DNA of 64,000 nt from Mobula hypostoma (Eukaryota): the NCBI RefSeq assembly GCF_963921235.1, contig NC_086118.1, positions 21,826,001 through 21,890,000 of the forward strand, written 5' to 3'. Each line of letters begins with the position of its first letter. Within the stretch, counting starts at the first letter, position 1. The position numbers and the translations under genes are program-made. The notes beneath the pieces were generated by a model. The model did no database searches. It saw nothing but the letters and a program-made list of their open reading frames with translations, and was not told where the DNA came from. Of this stretch, positions 10,735 to 25,776 are shown piece after piece.

Positions 10735-13700
10735 CGGAGTATCAAAGGCCTTCTGAAAGTCCAAGTACACACGATCAACTGATTCTTCTTTGTCAATCCT
10801 ACATGTTATTCTTTCAAAGAATTCAAAAAGATTCGTCAGGCAAGATTTTCCCTTGAGGAAACCATGGACTATTTTAACGTGAGCCTCCAAGTACCCCAAA
10901 ACCACATCCTTAACTATCAACTCCCAACATCTTCCCAACCACTGAGGGCAGACTAATTGGCCTATAGTTTCCTTTCTTCTGCCTCTCTCCCTTCTTGAAG
11001 AGTGGAGTGACATTTGCAGTCTTCCGAAACCATTCGAGGTTCTAGTGATTCTTGAAAGATCATTACTAATTCCTCCAAGATCTCTTCAGCCAGCTCTTTC
11101 AGAACTTTGGGATGTACACCATCTGGTCTAGGTGACTTATCTACATTCAGACCTTTCAGTTTCCCAAGAATTTTCTCTCTAATAATGGTAACTTCACACA
11201 CTTCATGACCCTTGAGACCTGGAGCTTTCACCATGCTGCTATTGACTTCCACAGTGAAGACTGATGCAAAATACTTATTCATTTCGTCCACCATTTTCTT
11301 GTCCCCCATTACTACCTCTCCAGTATCGTTTTCCAGCATTTAATATCCACTCTTGCCTCTTTTATACATTTTATATATCTGAAGAAACTTTTGATATCTT
11401 TAATGTTATTGGCTAGCTTACTTTTGTATTCCATCTTTACCTTAATGATTTTTTTTCGTTGTCTTTTATTTTTAAAAGCTTCCCAATCCTCTAACTTTTC
11501 ACAATCTTTGCTCTATTAAATGCCCTCTCTTTGGCTTTTATGTTGGCCACAGTTGTGTCATATTGCCTTTAGAATACTTCCTCTTTGGGATGTATATATT
11601 CTGTGCCTTAATTACTTCCAGAAATTCCAGCCATTGTTGCTCTGCCATCATCCCTGCCAGTGTTCTTTTCCAGTCAATTCTGGCCTTTCTTATGCCTCTG
11701 TAATCCCTTTTACTGCACTGTTTTACTGATACATCTGACTTCAGCTTCTCTTCAAATTGCGGGGTGAATTCAATCATGTTATGATCACTTTCCCCGAAGA
11801 CTTCTTTTAAATTCAGCACTCTAATCAATTCTGGTTCATTGCACAACACCCAATCTAGAATTACTGATTCTCTCCTGGGCTCAACCACAAGCTGCTGTAA
11901 AAAGTCAGCTCGTAGGCATTCTAGAAATTTTCGCTCTTGGAATCCAGCACCAACCTGATTTTCCCAAACCACCTTCATACTGAAGTCCCCCTTGACTATT
12001 GAAACATTGCCCTTTGGCATGCATTTTCTATCTCTTGTTGTAATTTGTAGGCTATATCCTTACTACTGTTTGAGGGTTTGTATATAACTCCCATGAAGGT
12101 CTTTATACCTCTGCAGTTTCTTAGCTCTAACCACTATGATTCAATATCTTCTGACCCCATGTCACATATTTCTAATAATTTGATTTCATTTTTTCACCAA
12201 CAGAACATTATCCTCTCTGTCTTTTCGACACAATGTGTATCCTTGGACATTGGTTTGCAGCCAAAATCATCTTTCAGCCACGATTTAGTGATGCCTTCAA
12301 CATCATTCATGTCTTACATAGTTTTCGTTTTCCTTGATTAAATTCATCACCTCTCTCAACATCCAAAGTTCTTTTACATTTCCATCCTTGTTCTTTCTTC
12401 TGTTTGGAACATACCTGTCCTGCACTCTGCATTTGGTCTTCAAACACCCTCCATGTGTCGGATGTGGACTTGCCCAAAATCAGCTGATCCCAGTTAACTC
12501 TCCCTAGTTGCTGCTGAATGCTCTTGTAATTTGTCCTGCTCCAAATTAATACTGTCCCACAAGATCTATACTTATCCTCATCTATAACTTTCTTAAACCT
12601 CAAGGAGTGTGGTCACTGTTCTCTCACTGTTCAGCCAGCCAGCCTTATTACCCAAGACCAGGTCCAATACAGCCCTCCTCTTGGTGGAGTTAAGAAACCC
12701 TCTTTGATGCATCTAACAAATTCTGCCCCATCTAAACCTCTTGCACTAAGAAGATATCAGTTTATTGTAGGGAAATTGAAGTGCTCCATGACAATTACCC
12801 TGTTTTTTTTTTACCTTCCCTTAATCTGCCTGGACATCTCTTCCTCAATGTTCCTGTGACTATCGGGAGGTGTTGGGGGGGTCGGGGGGGGGGCGAAGGA
12901 TCTGTAGTACAATCCCATCAGAGCGATTGCAACCCTGGGATATTAGCACCCATTCCTGTTGCTCTCAACCAAGGCTCTGTAATGGCCACAACATTATAGT
13001 TCTGCGTACTGATCTATGCTCTAAGTTCATCACCTTTACCCATAAAACTCCTAGCATTAAAATAGACAAACTTCAAGCTATCCATCTCATCTTATCTGTT
13101 ACTTTGCTCCTGCTTGTTTTTACCGGCCCTGATATCTACCATCCTCTCCTTCCCTCCACTTTCTGACCTGATGCTCTGGTTCCCATCCCCCTGCCAAACT
13201 AGTTTAAACCTTCCTGAGTAGCACTGTGAACCTTCCAGGTTATTGGTTCCTCTTGTACAGGTCTCCCTGAACGAGAAGAGGTTTCAATGATCTAAGAACC
13301 TGAAACTCTGTCCCCTGCACCAGTCCCTTAGCCACTCATTCATCTGTATTGCCATCCTGTTCCTGCTCTGACTAGCACGTGGCAAGGAAATAATCCAGAG
13401 GTTACTACCTTGAAGGCCCTGCTGTTCAACCTCTTTGCTAACTCCCTACACTTCCTGCACGGGACTGCTTCCCTCTTTCTACCTATGTCATTGCTGCCAA
13501 TGTGCACCATGACTTCCAGCTGCTCACCTTCCTTCTTGAGAACCTACTGCGGCTGCTGTGAGGCCTCCTGGACCCTAGCTCATGGGAGGCAACACACCAT
13601 CCTGGCTTCTCCTTGGTGGCCACAGAATCTGTTGACTGTCCCTGTTACTATCAAGTCTCCTATTAATATTGCTCTGCCTGACTTTACCCAACCCTGCTGA

Positions 13701-13840
13701 GCCTCAAGAGTCGGCCACAGTGCCACAGGCCTGGCTGCTGCTGCTGTGTGCTGATCGGTCATCTCCCCCGCCCCCAGCAGTATCCAAAGGGGTATGCTTA
13801 TTCCTGAGGGGAATGGATACAGGGCAACTCTGCACTGACT
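10735..13840 (-). mobile_element. Stack of degenerate CR1 LINE fragments
   Basis: Broken ORFs with RT, endonuclease and ORF1 esterase motifs (SCLTNLFEFF, GESDHNMIEF, RMVCCLP). Confidence 0.85.
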
Positions 13841-15123
13841 GCTTACTCTCCTTACTTCAGCAAGCTGTTATATTTTCCAGCAGAATATTGTTTTCCAAGA
13901 AATAGTTCTTGACTTCTTCAAAAACCTTTAGGTCTTTGGTATCTGTCTTAAGCTTTCAGGTTAAAGGCATTTCCTCACTGGCCTGATCATCATTCAGAAG
14001 CCTAACATATGTCATCAGACAGGCTTCAGTATTATGTAATGTGATTTCGTCAATTTGCAGGGCAAACTTCTTACCGTTGTGCAACTAGTAGTTTCTCCAC
14101 ATCATCTAACATTTCATCAATACTCCTCGATACTGATGAGTTGCTCAAAGGGATGGCTTAAATAGTTTCATTTACACTCTGATTCCTAGCAGTAGAAATT
14201 ACAACAGAGGCTGCAGACAGAATCAATATATTATATTGATTACTTATATGATATTATAAATTTATATTATGTGGATTGCCAGCTTTTGCAATTCAGTTTG
14301 AAATCTCATCAGATGCAAGTAAGCCTCTATCTTGGCTGCCTTTTCACTGAACATTTGCTGTACTGTCGGCCCTGATTGAAAATTATCAAGTAGTTTTTTG
14401 AAGTTGTTTGTCTTGAGCTTATGCACTTCCTCACTTTACATGACCGCATGCTTTCATTTGAAAGTGTAGTCATACGAATCAGACACAGTGGCATCGTTTT
14501 GTCCCATGGGGATGGAATAAAACCACAGGCAAGGTAATCAATGGAATATTGCTGATATTTTTCTTTGCTGCAGGACCCATGAGTAATCTGATATTAAAAA
14601 AATTAAAGAAGTGTATGTGCTCACGTGTGTGTGCGCATGTGTGTATACGCACATAGTAACAACAACACAATTGTGTGAGTAGGCTCTGCCAAAAACTAGT
14701 AAACATTGAAGAATTGTAATAAGTGCAACCTCACGTGAAAATGTATCTATTGAATATGCATGTGAAAATAAAACTTACCTTTTAGGTAGCTCTTAGATAC
14801 ATGTTGTAAATATTTTTTAAAATTTCCATTTTTAAAAAATGCTATTATATATGCAAATATAAGCACTGCCCCAGATAGACTGGAAAGATCTTAACTCTGT
14901 TAAGAATTGGGAGAGGTTGAACTGCTCTAGGCGCCAAGCTGATTTGGAGAATGGTTTCTTTGGCAGCGAAATCTAGGCCCGAAGCAAATTGCTGGGCAGT
15001 GTGTTCTAGGCCCAGAGCGATTTGCCACAGCGGCGTGCAGGTCCTGATACGAGGTATGATTCACTGTTCGGACAATTTAAACACCGGCGCGGATAGACTG
15101 GGGGCTCCCCTCTTCATGATGTT

Positions 15124-18100
15124 TTTTTTTAATATAATTTTTATTGAGTTTTCAAAAAGAATGCATGAAAAGATAAAATCTACCCTCCCCCCTCCCCTTA
15201 ACCCACCCCCCCATATATATAGTCCTACCTAAAAAGAAAAAAAAAGAGAGAAAAAAGAAAAGAACCGCCTGGATGTTGGAAGGTTTCCACATGCTCCATG
15301 GGATTCCAAATAAATTTGGTATAATTATTCGTTACTTTCCCCAAGGGACCAAGGTCTTTATCGGAGCACTTAAATATGCCATCCTATCTTTTGTAAATAA
15401 GGGCGCCAAATATTCAAAAATGTTACATATTTATCTCTCAAATTATAAGTAATTTTTTCGAGTGGAATAGAGCTAGCCATTTCATTATTCCAACGATCCA
15501 TACTTAAATACGAATCAGATTTCCAAGTAACTGCTATAGTCTTCTTAGCTATTGCCAATGCAATTTTTATAAATTCTTTCTGATATTTATTCAATTTAAG
15601 TTTCGGTTTTATCTCTTCAATATCACCTAATAGAAATAATACAGGGTTATGTGGAAGTTGAGTTCCAGTAATTTGTTCCAATAAGACTCTTAAATTTATC
15701 CAAAAGGGTTGAATTTTAAAACAAGACCAAGTAGAATGTAAAAAAGTACCAATTTCTTGATTACACCGAAAGCATTTATCAGATAGATTTGAATTTAATC
15801 TATTTATTTTTTGTGGTGTAATATATAATTGGTGTAAAAAATTAAATTGTACTAATCTAAGTCGAACATTTATTGTATTTGTCATACTGTCAAGACAGAG
15901 TCTTGACCAATTTGTTTCATCAATATTAATATTCAAATCTGTTTCCCATTTTTGCTTTGACTTATGGGTTCTTTGTTTAATTGTCTGTTCTTGAATCAAA
16001 TTATACATACAAGAAATAAATTTTTTAATTTTCTCTTTTTGAATTAAAATTTCAATTTCATTAGGTTTTGGCAAAAACATTGTTTGACCCAGCTTACCTT
16101 TTAAGTAAGCCCTTAATTGAAAGTAACAAAAGAAAGTATTATTAGATATTTTATATTTATCCTTTAATTGTTCAAATGACATCAATATACCTCGTTCAAA
16201 ACAATCTCCTATAAATTTAATCCTTTTTTGGTACCAATTATATAAAAGTTGGTTGTCCATTGTAAAAGGAATAAGTCTGTTTTGAAACAAAGGTCTCCTT
16301 GCTAATAGAGATTTCTGTGTTTCATTATCATCATTTATCTTATTCCATAAATCAATCAAATGTGTTAATATAGGAGATTCTTTCTTTTCCCGTATCCATT
16401 TAGATTCCCATTTATATATAAGATCTTCAGGTCTATTTTCTCCTATCTTATCTAGTTCTATTTTAATCCATGCTGGTTTTTGATCATCGAAGAAAGATGC
16501 AATAAATCTAAGTGATTTGCTTTATAATAGTTTTTAAAGTTTGGAAGTTGTAACCCTCCTAACCCAAATTTACATGTCAATTTTTCCAATGATATTCTTG
16601 ACATTTTACCTTTCCAAAGAAATTTTCTCACACATTTATTTAACTCTTGAAAAAATTTCTGTGGCAATTGTATTGGTAACGTTTGAAACAAATACTGTAA
16701 TCTAGGAAATATATTCATTTTTACAACATTGACTCTACCTACTAATGTTATTGGTAGTATCATCCATTTGTCAAAATCTTCTTGAATTTTTTTCAACAGT
16801 GGTAAATAATTAAATTTATATAAATTCTTTACATCATTATCAAGTCTTATACCTAAATACTTTATACCATTTACCGGCCATCTAAATTGGGTTACTAATC
16901 GACATTGACTATAGTCTCCTTTAGTAAGAGGTAAAATTTCACTTTTATCCCAATTTATTTTGTAACCTGATACCTTCCCATATTCATCCAATCTAGAAGA
17001 TAGTTTATGTAATGAATGTTGTGGGTTTGTTAAATAGATCAAAACATCATCGGCAAAAAGATTAATTTTATATTCCTCCTGATTAACTCTAAAACCCATA
17101 ATATCTGGATCAATTCTGATTAGTTCTGCTAATGGCTCTATCGCCAGTACAAATAAAGCAGGTGATAATGGACAACCTTGTCTAGTTGACCTTTTTAACT
17201 GGAATGGTGTTGAAATTTGAGAATTTGTCACTACTTTAGCTTTAGGGTTAGAATTTAAAGTTTTAATCCAATTTATAAAAGATGTTCCTAACCCATATTT
17301 TTCTAATACTTTAAATTAAAAATCCCATTCTAATCTATCAAATACTTTTTCTGCATCCAAAGCTACTACTATACTCTTCTCATCCCTTTTTTGTGACAAA
17401 TGAATTATACTGAGTAGCCGGGTTACATTATCTGCCAATTGTCTATTTTCAATAAATCCTGTTTGATCCATATGTATTAATTTTGGTAAATATTTAGATA
17501 ATCTATTCGATAAAATTTTTGCTATTATTTTATAATCCGTATTCAATAAAGAAATAGGCCTGTATGATGTTGGTTTCATAGGGTCTCTGTCTTTTTTTGG
17601 CAATACTATTACAATCGCTGTTGAAAAAGATTCTGGAAGTTTATGTATTTTTTCTGCTTGACGTATTAGTTCCATAAAAAGAGGAAATAATAAATCTTTA
17701 AATTTTTTATAAAATTCAGGTGGAAAACCATCTTCTCCTGGAGATTTATTACTTTGGAGTGATCCTAAAGCTTCTTCAACTTCTTTTAATGTAAAAGGCA
17801 TATCTAATCCCTTCTGTTCTTCCAAATTCAATTTTGGAAGAGAAATTTGTGATAAAAACCTTTCTATCTCATTAACATCATTTTGGGATTCTGATTGATA
17901 TAATTCAGAATAGAAATTTTTAAAAGTTTCATTTATTTCAAGAGGTTTATAAGATATTTTATTTGCCCTTGTTCTAATTGCATTTATTGTTTTGGAAGCT
18001 GTTTTCTGTTTTCAACTGCTAGGCAAGAATTTTATGTGCTCTCTCACCTAACTCATAATACCTTTGTTTAGTTCTTATAATTGCTTTTTCCGTTCTATAT

Positions 18101-20861
18101 GTCTGAAGCGTAGTATATTGTAACTTCTTTTTAACAAGTTGTCTTCGTTTTTCTTCTGACATATATTTTTGAGATTCTTTTTCTATTTTTGTAATCTCTT
18201 TTTCCAATTGATCTAGTTCTGCCATATATTCTTTCTTAATTTTAGACGTATAACTTATTATCTGGCCCCTAAGATATGCTTTCATTGCATCCCATAATAT
18301 AAATTTATCATCCACTGAATGAAAATTTGTATCCAAAAAAAATTGAATCTGCTTTTTCATAAAGTCACAGAAATCTTGACGTTTTAATAATGTTGAATTA
18401 AATCTCCATCTATAAGCCACTTCTTCCTTATCAGCCATTATTATTGTCATTAATAAAGGGGAATGATCTGATAATATTCTTGCTTTATATTCCATATTTT
18501 TCACTCTGTGTTGAATATGCATTGATAATAGAAACAAATCTATCCTTGAGTAAGTTTTATGTCTATGGGAGTAGAACGAATAGTCTCTTTCTTTAGGATT
18601 GATTCTTCTCCATATATCAATCAAATTTAAATCCTTCAATGATAAAGTTAAATTTACTACCTTCGATTTTATAACAGCCTTGGATGATCTATCTAAGACT
18701 GGGTCTAAGCAAAAATTAAAGTCTCCTTCAATTAATATTTTTTCATGTGCATCCGCCAAATTCAGAAAAGCTTCTTGTATGAATTTTGCATCATTTTCGT
18801 TTGGTGCATAAATATTCATAAAAGTCCATAATTCAGAAAAAAGTTGACAATGTATAATCACATATCTCCCCGCAGAATCAGTTATTACATTTTGTATTCT
18901 AATTGGTAACGTTTTATTGATCAAAATTGCTACTCCCATCGCTTTTGAATTAAATGAAGCCGCAACAACACTTCCTACCCAATCTCTCTTTAGTTTCTGA
19001 TGTTCTGTTTCTGTTAGGTGCATTTCCTGTAAAAAAGCTAAATCTATCTTCATTTTTTTAATATCTGTTAAGATTCTTTTTCTTTTCACTGGTCCATTAA
19101 GCCCATTAACATTAAAACTCAAAAAATTCAATAAATTAGTCATTATTCTTAACAAAGTTACTCCAATCTAAAACATTACTTATCTTCTCAACTCTCATAG
19201 TTCCTTGGGGAATCTCTTTAAACTTCACCATGTTGCTATGTGTTTCCCTCCCAACCTTCCAGGCAAAAAGAAAAGAAAAGATAGAAAGAATACAAAAAAA
19301 GAAAAAACAAAATACCCCCCCACTAATGTTGTGAATGAAAAGATACACAACACTACCCCCCTCCATTTTACGGGTCGTGGCAAAAGCCACGCTTGCACAC
19401 ATGATTAGCGTAGCAATCGATCAGTGCTTCTTCCAGATCCCCCGCAACAAAAAAAATTATATATATATAGGCAAAATTAATGTTACTATTCCCAAATAAT
19501 ATTCCTCCAGTTTTAACCTTTCTTACCCCCCCTCGTATAATTAATGATATATTTATACATTCATCCATCCAGCTTCAAAAATCCAACAAGTCCATTCTTT
19601 AACCCAATCTTCATCTTCAATCTATCTCGCTCCCCTGGATTTGTTCTTGTATCTGGTGAATATTCAGAGAATCTCGCACAAACTGCTCTGCTTTCTGGTA
19701 GTCATCAAAAAATGTTTTTTCTCCACCAGGCAAAAAAATCTTCAAGGTTGCAGGATAACGCAGTATAAATTGATAACCATGATCCCATAGGGTTTTTTTC
19801 ACTGGATTAAATTTCTTCCTTCTCTTCAAAAGTTCATAACTTATATCAGGGTAGAAAAAAACTTTGTTCCCTTTAATTATCAATGGCCCTTTTCTATCCT
19901 TGGCAGCTCGAGCAGCTGCCTGTAGAATGCTTTCCTTGTCTTGAAATCTTAAGAATTTTATTAAAATCGATCGTGGATATTGGTCATCTTTTGGTTTTGG
20001 TCTTAGAGCTCTATGTGCCCACTCAATTTCAATTGGTCGAACCTCCTCTTCCATTTGCAAAACATCCAGGATCCATTTTTGAAAAAATTCTATTGGTTTT
20101 TCGCCCTCCGTACCTTCTTTAAGACCAACAATTTTAATATTATTACGTCTACTGAAATTTTCCAACATGTCCACTTTCTCCAAGAGTCGATTTCTTTACG
20201 AGTTCCAGACAAGCAAATCATTTTCTGTTTTTTCCACTCTATCATTCATATGCCCCATTGCTCTTTCCATCTTTTGAAGCTTCTTATCCATTTTGTCCTG
20301 TCTTTCCATAACTTTATTATAGCACATCTTCGTATCTCTAAGCTCTTCTCTTACTTTTCTTAGTTCAGCCGTTAATTGCAATATAGCCTCTCTTATGTCT
20401 CTATCATCTCCTTTACTTCCAATCGCTTCCAATTCTTCCTCCTCTTCTTCATCTGTGTTCTCTGCAGAATCCAATTCTGACTCTGAGTCATTTTCAATTG
20501 CAGTGGCTGTCGGTTCTTGTAGTTTGCGTTGTGTCGATTTGCGCATGCGCATTTCCGGTGCCTTCTTCGAAGAACCTGTTACCACCGCCATTGCTCCCTG
20601 TTCTACCGAAGGAGATCCAACCTGAGTCCGAGGCTCCATCGTTGCAGTAGGCCCTTTTTTCTTCCCCTCTCGCGGCTGCTTCGCAACAGCAGACTTCTTT
20701 TGTTGCGGTTTAGGAGGCATATCGTAAAGTAGTTTTACAAAGTTTATAAATAATTTTCAGAAAATATTTATTAACTTTGTTTTGTTTAAACGGTACTTTA
20801 CTAATTTGTTGCGGGAGAGCTGGATTTACACGTCTCAATCTCACGTCATCACGTGACACCC
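15124..20861 (-). mobile_element. Full-length L1-clade LINE, recently inactivated, with 12-bp TSD
   Basis: ORF1 20720-19617 (LENFSRRNNIKIVGL, FYPDIS; one frameshift); ORF2 endonuclease 19155-18019 (SFNVNGLN, GDFN, SDHSP); RT 17831-16458 (TRQGCPLSP, FADD); C-terminal CCHC region 16359-15370; poly(A) tail; TSD cttcatgatgtt at 15112-15123 and 20862-20873. Confidence 0.97.
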
Positions 20862-21809
20862 CTTCATGATGTTGATGCTGTGAGACTGGACCCGGCTGCC
20901 ATGCTTTGTGTCTGCGAACTTTGCGACGATTTGCCCCACCAGTATGGTGAGCTGAATACAGAGGCCTTGGCCTAGTCCAGGCTGTTCCGGGAATTTGGAT
21001 CTATTCAATTTGGTTTGGAACGTTGTTGTTGCTTGCTTGTATTGTTTGCATGTTTTGTGCTTTTTTTCCCTCCTTTTCTGTGCATTGGGGTTTGGACTTT
21101 ATTTTTTTATTAGGTTCTTTTGGGTCTTTTCCTTTGTAGCTGCCTATAAGAGTCAAGTCTCAAGGTTGTATAATTTTTACGTTCTTTGATAATAAACGTA
21201 CTTTGAAGCTATGAATTCTATGCGGCAATAAAGAGTGTGTACTCACCAAGTAAAGCGAATTGAACTCCCTTTCAAAATATGATAAGTATCAGGGATTTAA
21301 TGTAAGTTGTGGTGGTAGATACTGATGCAGTGGTTGACTTTATGCGTTCTCGCCTCTACAGCTTAGCTGTTTCTGACAGTGACCCCACTGCATTAACTGT
21401 AGCCTTCATGTCATGTTTTATAAGTCTTAACACGCATGGGTCAGTGGAAGGCAAACAGAACTAGCCTCCTGCTGCACGCTTGCTGATTGGCCTTGCCCGA
21501 TCTTCAGTCTTTTTATGATGGTCATAATGGTTTTAATTAGATTAAAACTACAACATGAGCCATGCCAGGCTTTCCATATAATCCCTTCTGATAAAGTCTT
21601 TGATATGGAAACAAAATAACTTCTGTCATCGTTTCAGTTGGAATTAGATGTGGATGTTTCTGTATTAATATGTAGTTATCTATAACAAAGTAATGGTAAT
21701 CACTGTTGGGTCATGCCTGGCTGTTCACTGTCTAACCAGTGATATGGGGGCGGATGTGAAGCGGGGCACAGTAAGCCATTCTGGAGGGTGTGAGTGGTGA
21801 TTAATTTCC

Positions 21810-22160
21810 TCCCCCTCCCTTCCCCCATCCCAGTTTCACTCTGCCCCCTCCTCCAGCTGCCTATCACCTCCCTCGTGGTTCTGCCCCTACTACTACCCAT
21901 TGTGCTTTCCCTTATTCCTCCTTCACCTTTCCTGCCTATCACCTCCCTGCTTCCCCTCCCCCACCCCTTTATCTTTCCCCTTACTGGTTTTTCACCTGGA
22001 ACCTACCAGCCTTCTCCTTCCCACCCTCCCCCTACCTTCTTTATAGGGCCTCTGCCCCTTCCCCCTACAGTCCTGACGAAGGGTCTCGGCCCGAAACATT
22101 GACTGTTTATTTCCACGGATGCTGCCCGACCTGCTGAGTTCCTCCGGCGTTTTGTGTGTG
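21810..22160 (+). mobile_element. Penelope-derived tail fragment
   Basis: Pyrimidine tract followed by cctgacgaagggtctcggcccgaaac..gatgctgcccgacctgctgagttcctcc. Confidence 0.65.
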
Positions 22161-23060
22161 GTCAAGTAGGAGCAGACATAACTATTGACATGCACCACCC
22201 CTTCCCCACATACTTAGGCTAAGCTGTTTTTCTGCCTTTAACATCAACTAGCATATTTTCCCATTCATTTCATTCTGGGTTCAAACTAAATTACATATGT
22301 TCATTTATTTCTTACTTGTATATTTCAGTAATATTTCATTAAAACTGTAAACTTACCGTGGCCCATTCATTAACTCCTATGGCCCCTACGAAACCTGGCA
22401 TGGCTCGCTGGGGCCCACATTGATAACCACTGACCTAGGTCACTTACTCGGCCTTTTCTCTTCAAGCTTGTTATACCTTTGGTTCTAACTTTTCAAGTAT
22501 AAGTTTTATAATCAAATACATGATTCCAGGCAGCTCAGCACCTTTAGCTTCTGCCTGTTCTTGCCTGTTGAGCCAAAGCCTCCCATTTCAACAATTGCCA
22601 TTTCCACAATAGCTGAACTGCTTAATCCTAACTACTTTCTATTGAGCCTTGCTAAGTTACTAATAACCTGAGCAATCTTCTGCTCCACAAAAAGTCCCGG
22701 CATGCCCAGCTCGCTTTTTAAAACCATTGTGTAAAGTCCACAAAGAACTGTCTCCAACACTCTCTGTATCTCCTGCTCTGCAGAAAGTATTGAGAAGCCG
22801 TGCTTGCTTTTTAAAATTGACGCACAAAGCCCACAAGGAACTGTCTCCAACCCTCTGCAATCTCCCGCTCCGCAGAATGTCCCAACAATCCCCAAGTGCT
22901 TTTTAAAACTGGTGTGTAAAGTCCACTAGGAACTCTCTCCATCTCCTCCCATATCCCAGAAATATGCCCTTTGTTAAATTAACAAGTGACTATAAATTAT
23001 TCTCAGTGAGGGTGGGTGCCAGGGAATTACGGGAATTTGTTAGAGATATGTAAGTGAACA

Positions 23061-24661
23061 CAGTGCCTATTAAAAAGTATTCATCTCCCTCGGAAGTTTT
23101 CATGTTTTATTGTTTTACTACATTGAATCACAGTGGATTTAATTTGGCTTTTTTGTCACTGATCAGAAAAAGACTCTTTCGTGTCATAGTGAAAACAGGT
23201 CTCTACAAAGTGATCTGAATTAATTACAGACATAAAACACTAAATAATTGATTGCATAAGTATATATCCTCTTTAATATTACACACCAATTCATCACTGC
23301 TGCAGCCAGTTGGTTTTAGAAGTCATATAATTAGTGATTAGAGATCAGTTTTGTGCAGTCAAGGTATTTCAATGATTATCGTAAAAATATGCATCTGGAA
23401 GGTCCAATTGCTGGTGAGTCAGTATCCTGGCCAAAACTACATCATGAAGACAAAAGAACACTTGAAGCAACTCTGTAAAGGTTATTAAAAGTATGGGTCA
23501 GAAGAGGGATACAAAAAGAATTCCAAGTCATTGAATACAGTTAATTCAATCAGCAAGCTGTGGAAAGGATATGGCACAGCTGTAAATCTGCCAAGGCCGT
23601 CCTCAAAAATGGAGTGACCGTGCAGGAAGGGGAATAGTGAGGGAGGCCATCAAGAGACCTATGACAACTCTGGAGGAGTAACAAGCTGCAGTGGCTGAGA
23701 TGGGAGAGACCGCAGACAACAACTGTTGCCCAGGTGCTTCACTAGTCACAGCTTTATGGGGAAAGTGGGAAAGAGAAAGCCACTGTTGAAAGAAACTCAC
23801 ATGAAATCTGGGCTAGAGTTTTCCAGAAGGCATGTGGGAGACTCTGAAGTTAGCTGGAAGAAGGTTCTATGGTCTGATGAAACCAAAATTGAGCTTTTTA
23901 GCCACCAGACTAAATGCTATGTTTGATGTAAGCCAAGCACCGCACATCATCAAAAATACACCATCCCTACTGTGAAGCATGCTGTGGCTATAATCATGCT
24001 TCACTGCAGCAGGCTCTGGAAAGTTTGTGAAGGTAGAAGGTAAAAAATAAATGGAGGAAAATACAGGGAAATCCTGGAGGAAAACCTGATGCAGTCTGCA
24101 AGAGAACTGCAACTTGGGAGAAGATTTGTTTTCCATCAAGACAATGACCCCAAGCATAAAGCCAAAGCTACACAGGAATGGCGTAAAAACAACAAAGATG
24201 ATGTCCTGGAGTGGCTGAGTCAGAGTCTTGACCTGAATTCAATTGAGAATTTGTGGCTGGACTTGAAAAGGGTTATTCACTCATGATCCCCATGCAATCT
24301 AACAGAGCTTGAGCAGTTTTGTAAAGAAGAAAGGGGCAAAAATTGCAGTGTCCAGATGTGTAAAGCTGATAGAGACCTATCCACACAGACTCAAGGCTGA
24401 AATTGCTTCTGAAGGTGCACCTGCTAAATGCTGACATGAAGGGGGTAAGTAAATAAGCAATTAATTATTTTGTGTTTAATAATTGTAATAAATTTAGACC
24501 AGTTTGTAGAAATCTGTTTTCACTTTGATGCAGAAGAGTCATTTCTATTGATCAGTGTCAAAAAAGCCGAACTAAATCCACTGTGATTCAATGTTGTAAA
24601 ACAATAAAACATGAAAACTTCTGGGGGGGGGTGTTGTGGGTTAATACTTTTATAGGCACTG
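23061..24661 (+). mobile_element. Tc1/mariner DNA transposon with degenerate transposase
   Basis: Long TIRs cagtgcctat..aaaagtatt / aatacttttataggcactg followed by TA; DDE motifs [29 protein letters not shown] with stops and frameshifts. Confidence 0.92.
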
Positions 24662-24941
24662 TAGGTTACAGAGAAATTAGTGGGGAATTGGATTGGTAAA
24701 AGAAAAATTTATTATCGACATATGTATATATAATAGTACCATATACTACCTTGAAATTCATTTTCTTGCAAGTATTTACAGATAAAGAAATACAACAGAG
24801 TTTATGAAAAACTATACATAAAGATGAGATTGCTCAGAGCTAATGTAGATTTGATTGGCTTAGTGGCTTCCTTTGCCATAAAGAAATACACATGCACAAC
24901 TTGGATGTCTGTGACCATTTGTATTCCTCATTCAGTTTCAG

Positions 24942-25776
24942 GCTATGTCCATACTAGACCGGATAAATCCGTAACTGAAGCTTTTTCTCTTCGTTTTGAC
25001 CCTCTGTCCACATTGAAATGGCGTTTTCCGCCCCTGAAAACAGAGCTTTTTAGAAACGCTCTCCAGCGTGAATAAATCTGAAAATGCCTAAAATCCAGCG
25101 TAGTGTGTAACCGGCTATTTTTAAAACCGCTGTCATGACGTGCCGGAACAAATGAACGCAACCTCCAAAACCACAACAATATCTGACAATAGACGTGTAA
25201 CAGCCTAATGTAACATTGTGTGGAAATACAAGATAACGCTGATGCAGACATGTTTTATACAATTAACAAGGTGCTTTATTAATGTATTACTTGTGCAAAC
25301 ATTCAGTAGATGCAATTGTCACTTTTGCCCAGTAACTTGTTTTATGCATATGTTAAATACAGCAAAATAATACACAAAGACATGGCAAAAGTAAAGGCAA
25401 ACAAATGAGGTAACAGCAAATTTCACTTTTGCCCAGTAACAAGCCTTATTGCATTTAGTTGTAGCTGTCGTCCCTTTCATCAGTGAAGAAACTACGGTTG
25501 TAGGAAATGTTTCTGGACAAACGCGCACCAAGTCTTTCGTTTGGCAATTTCCTTTTAAGTTTTTCTAGTCTGTAACTGGACAAACGCGCACCAAGTATAC
25601 CATTTCCTCTTCGCTTGTTTTCTGTGTGTCCTGCGCGTTCCCAGTTGGAGGAGATTCGCCCAAATAATCCGTTTTAATGTGGACAGAGGTATTTTCAAAA
25701 AGGCCTGGTGTGGATGCCTGTTGTTTTTTCGCGAAACCGGCGTTTTCAAAATTATCCAGTCTAGTGTGGACGTAGC
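24942..25776. mobile_element. Non-autonomous DNA transposon (PIF/Harbinger-like MITE)
   Basis: TIRs gctatgtccatactagaccggataa / ttatccagtctagtgtggacgtagc, no transposase; superfamily inferred from the TIR style. Confidence 0.65.
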
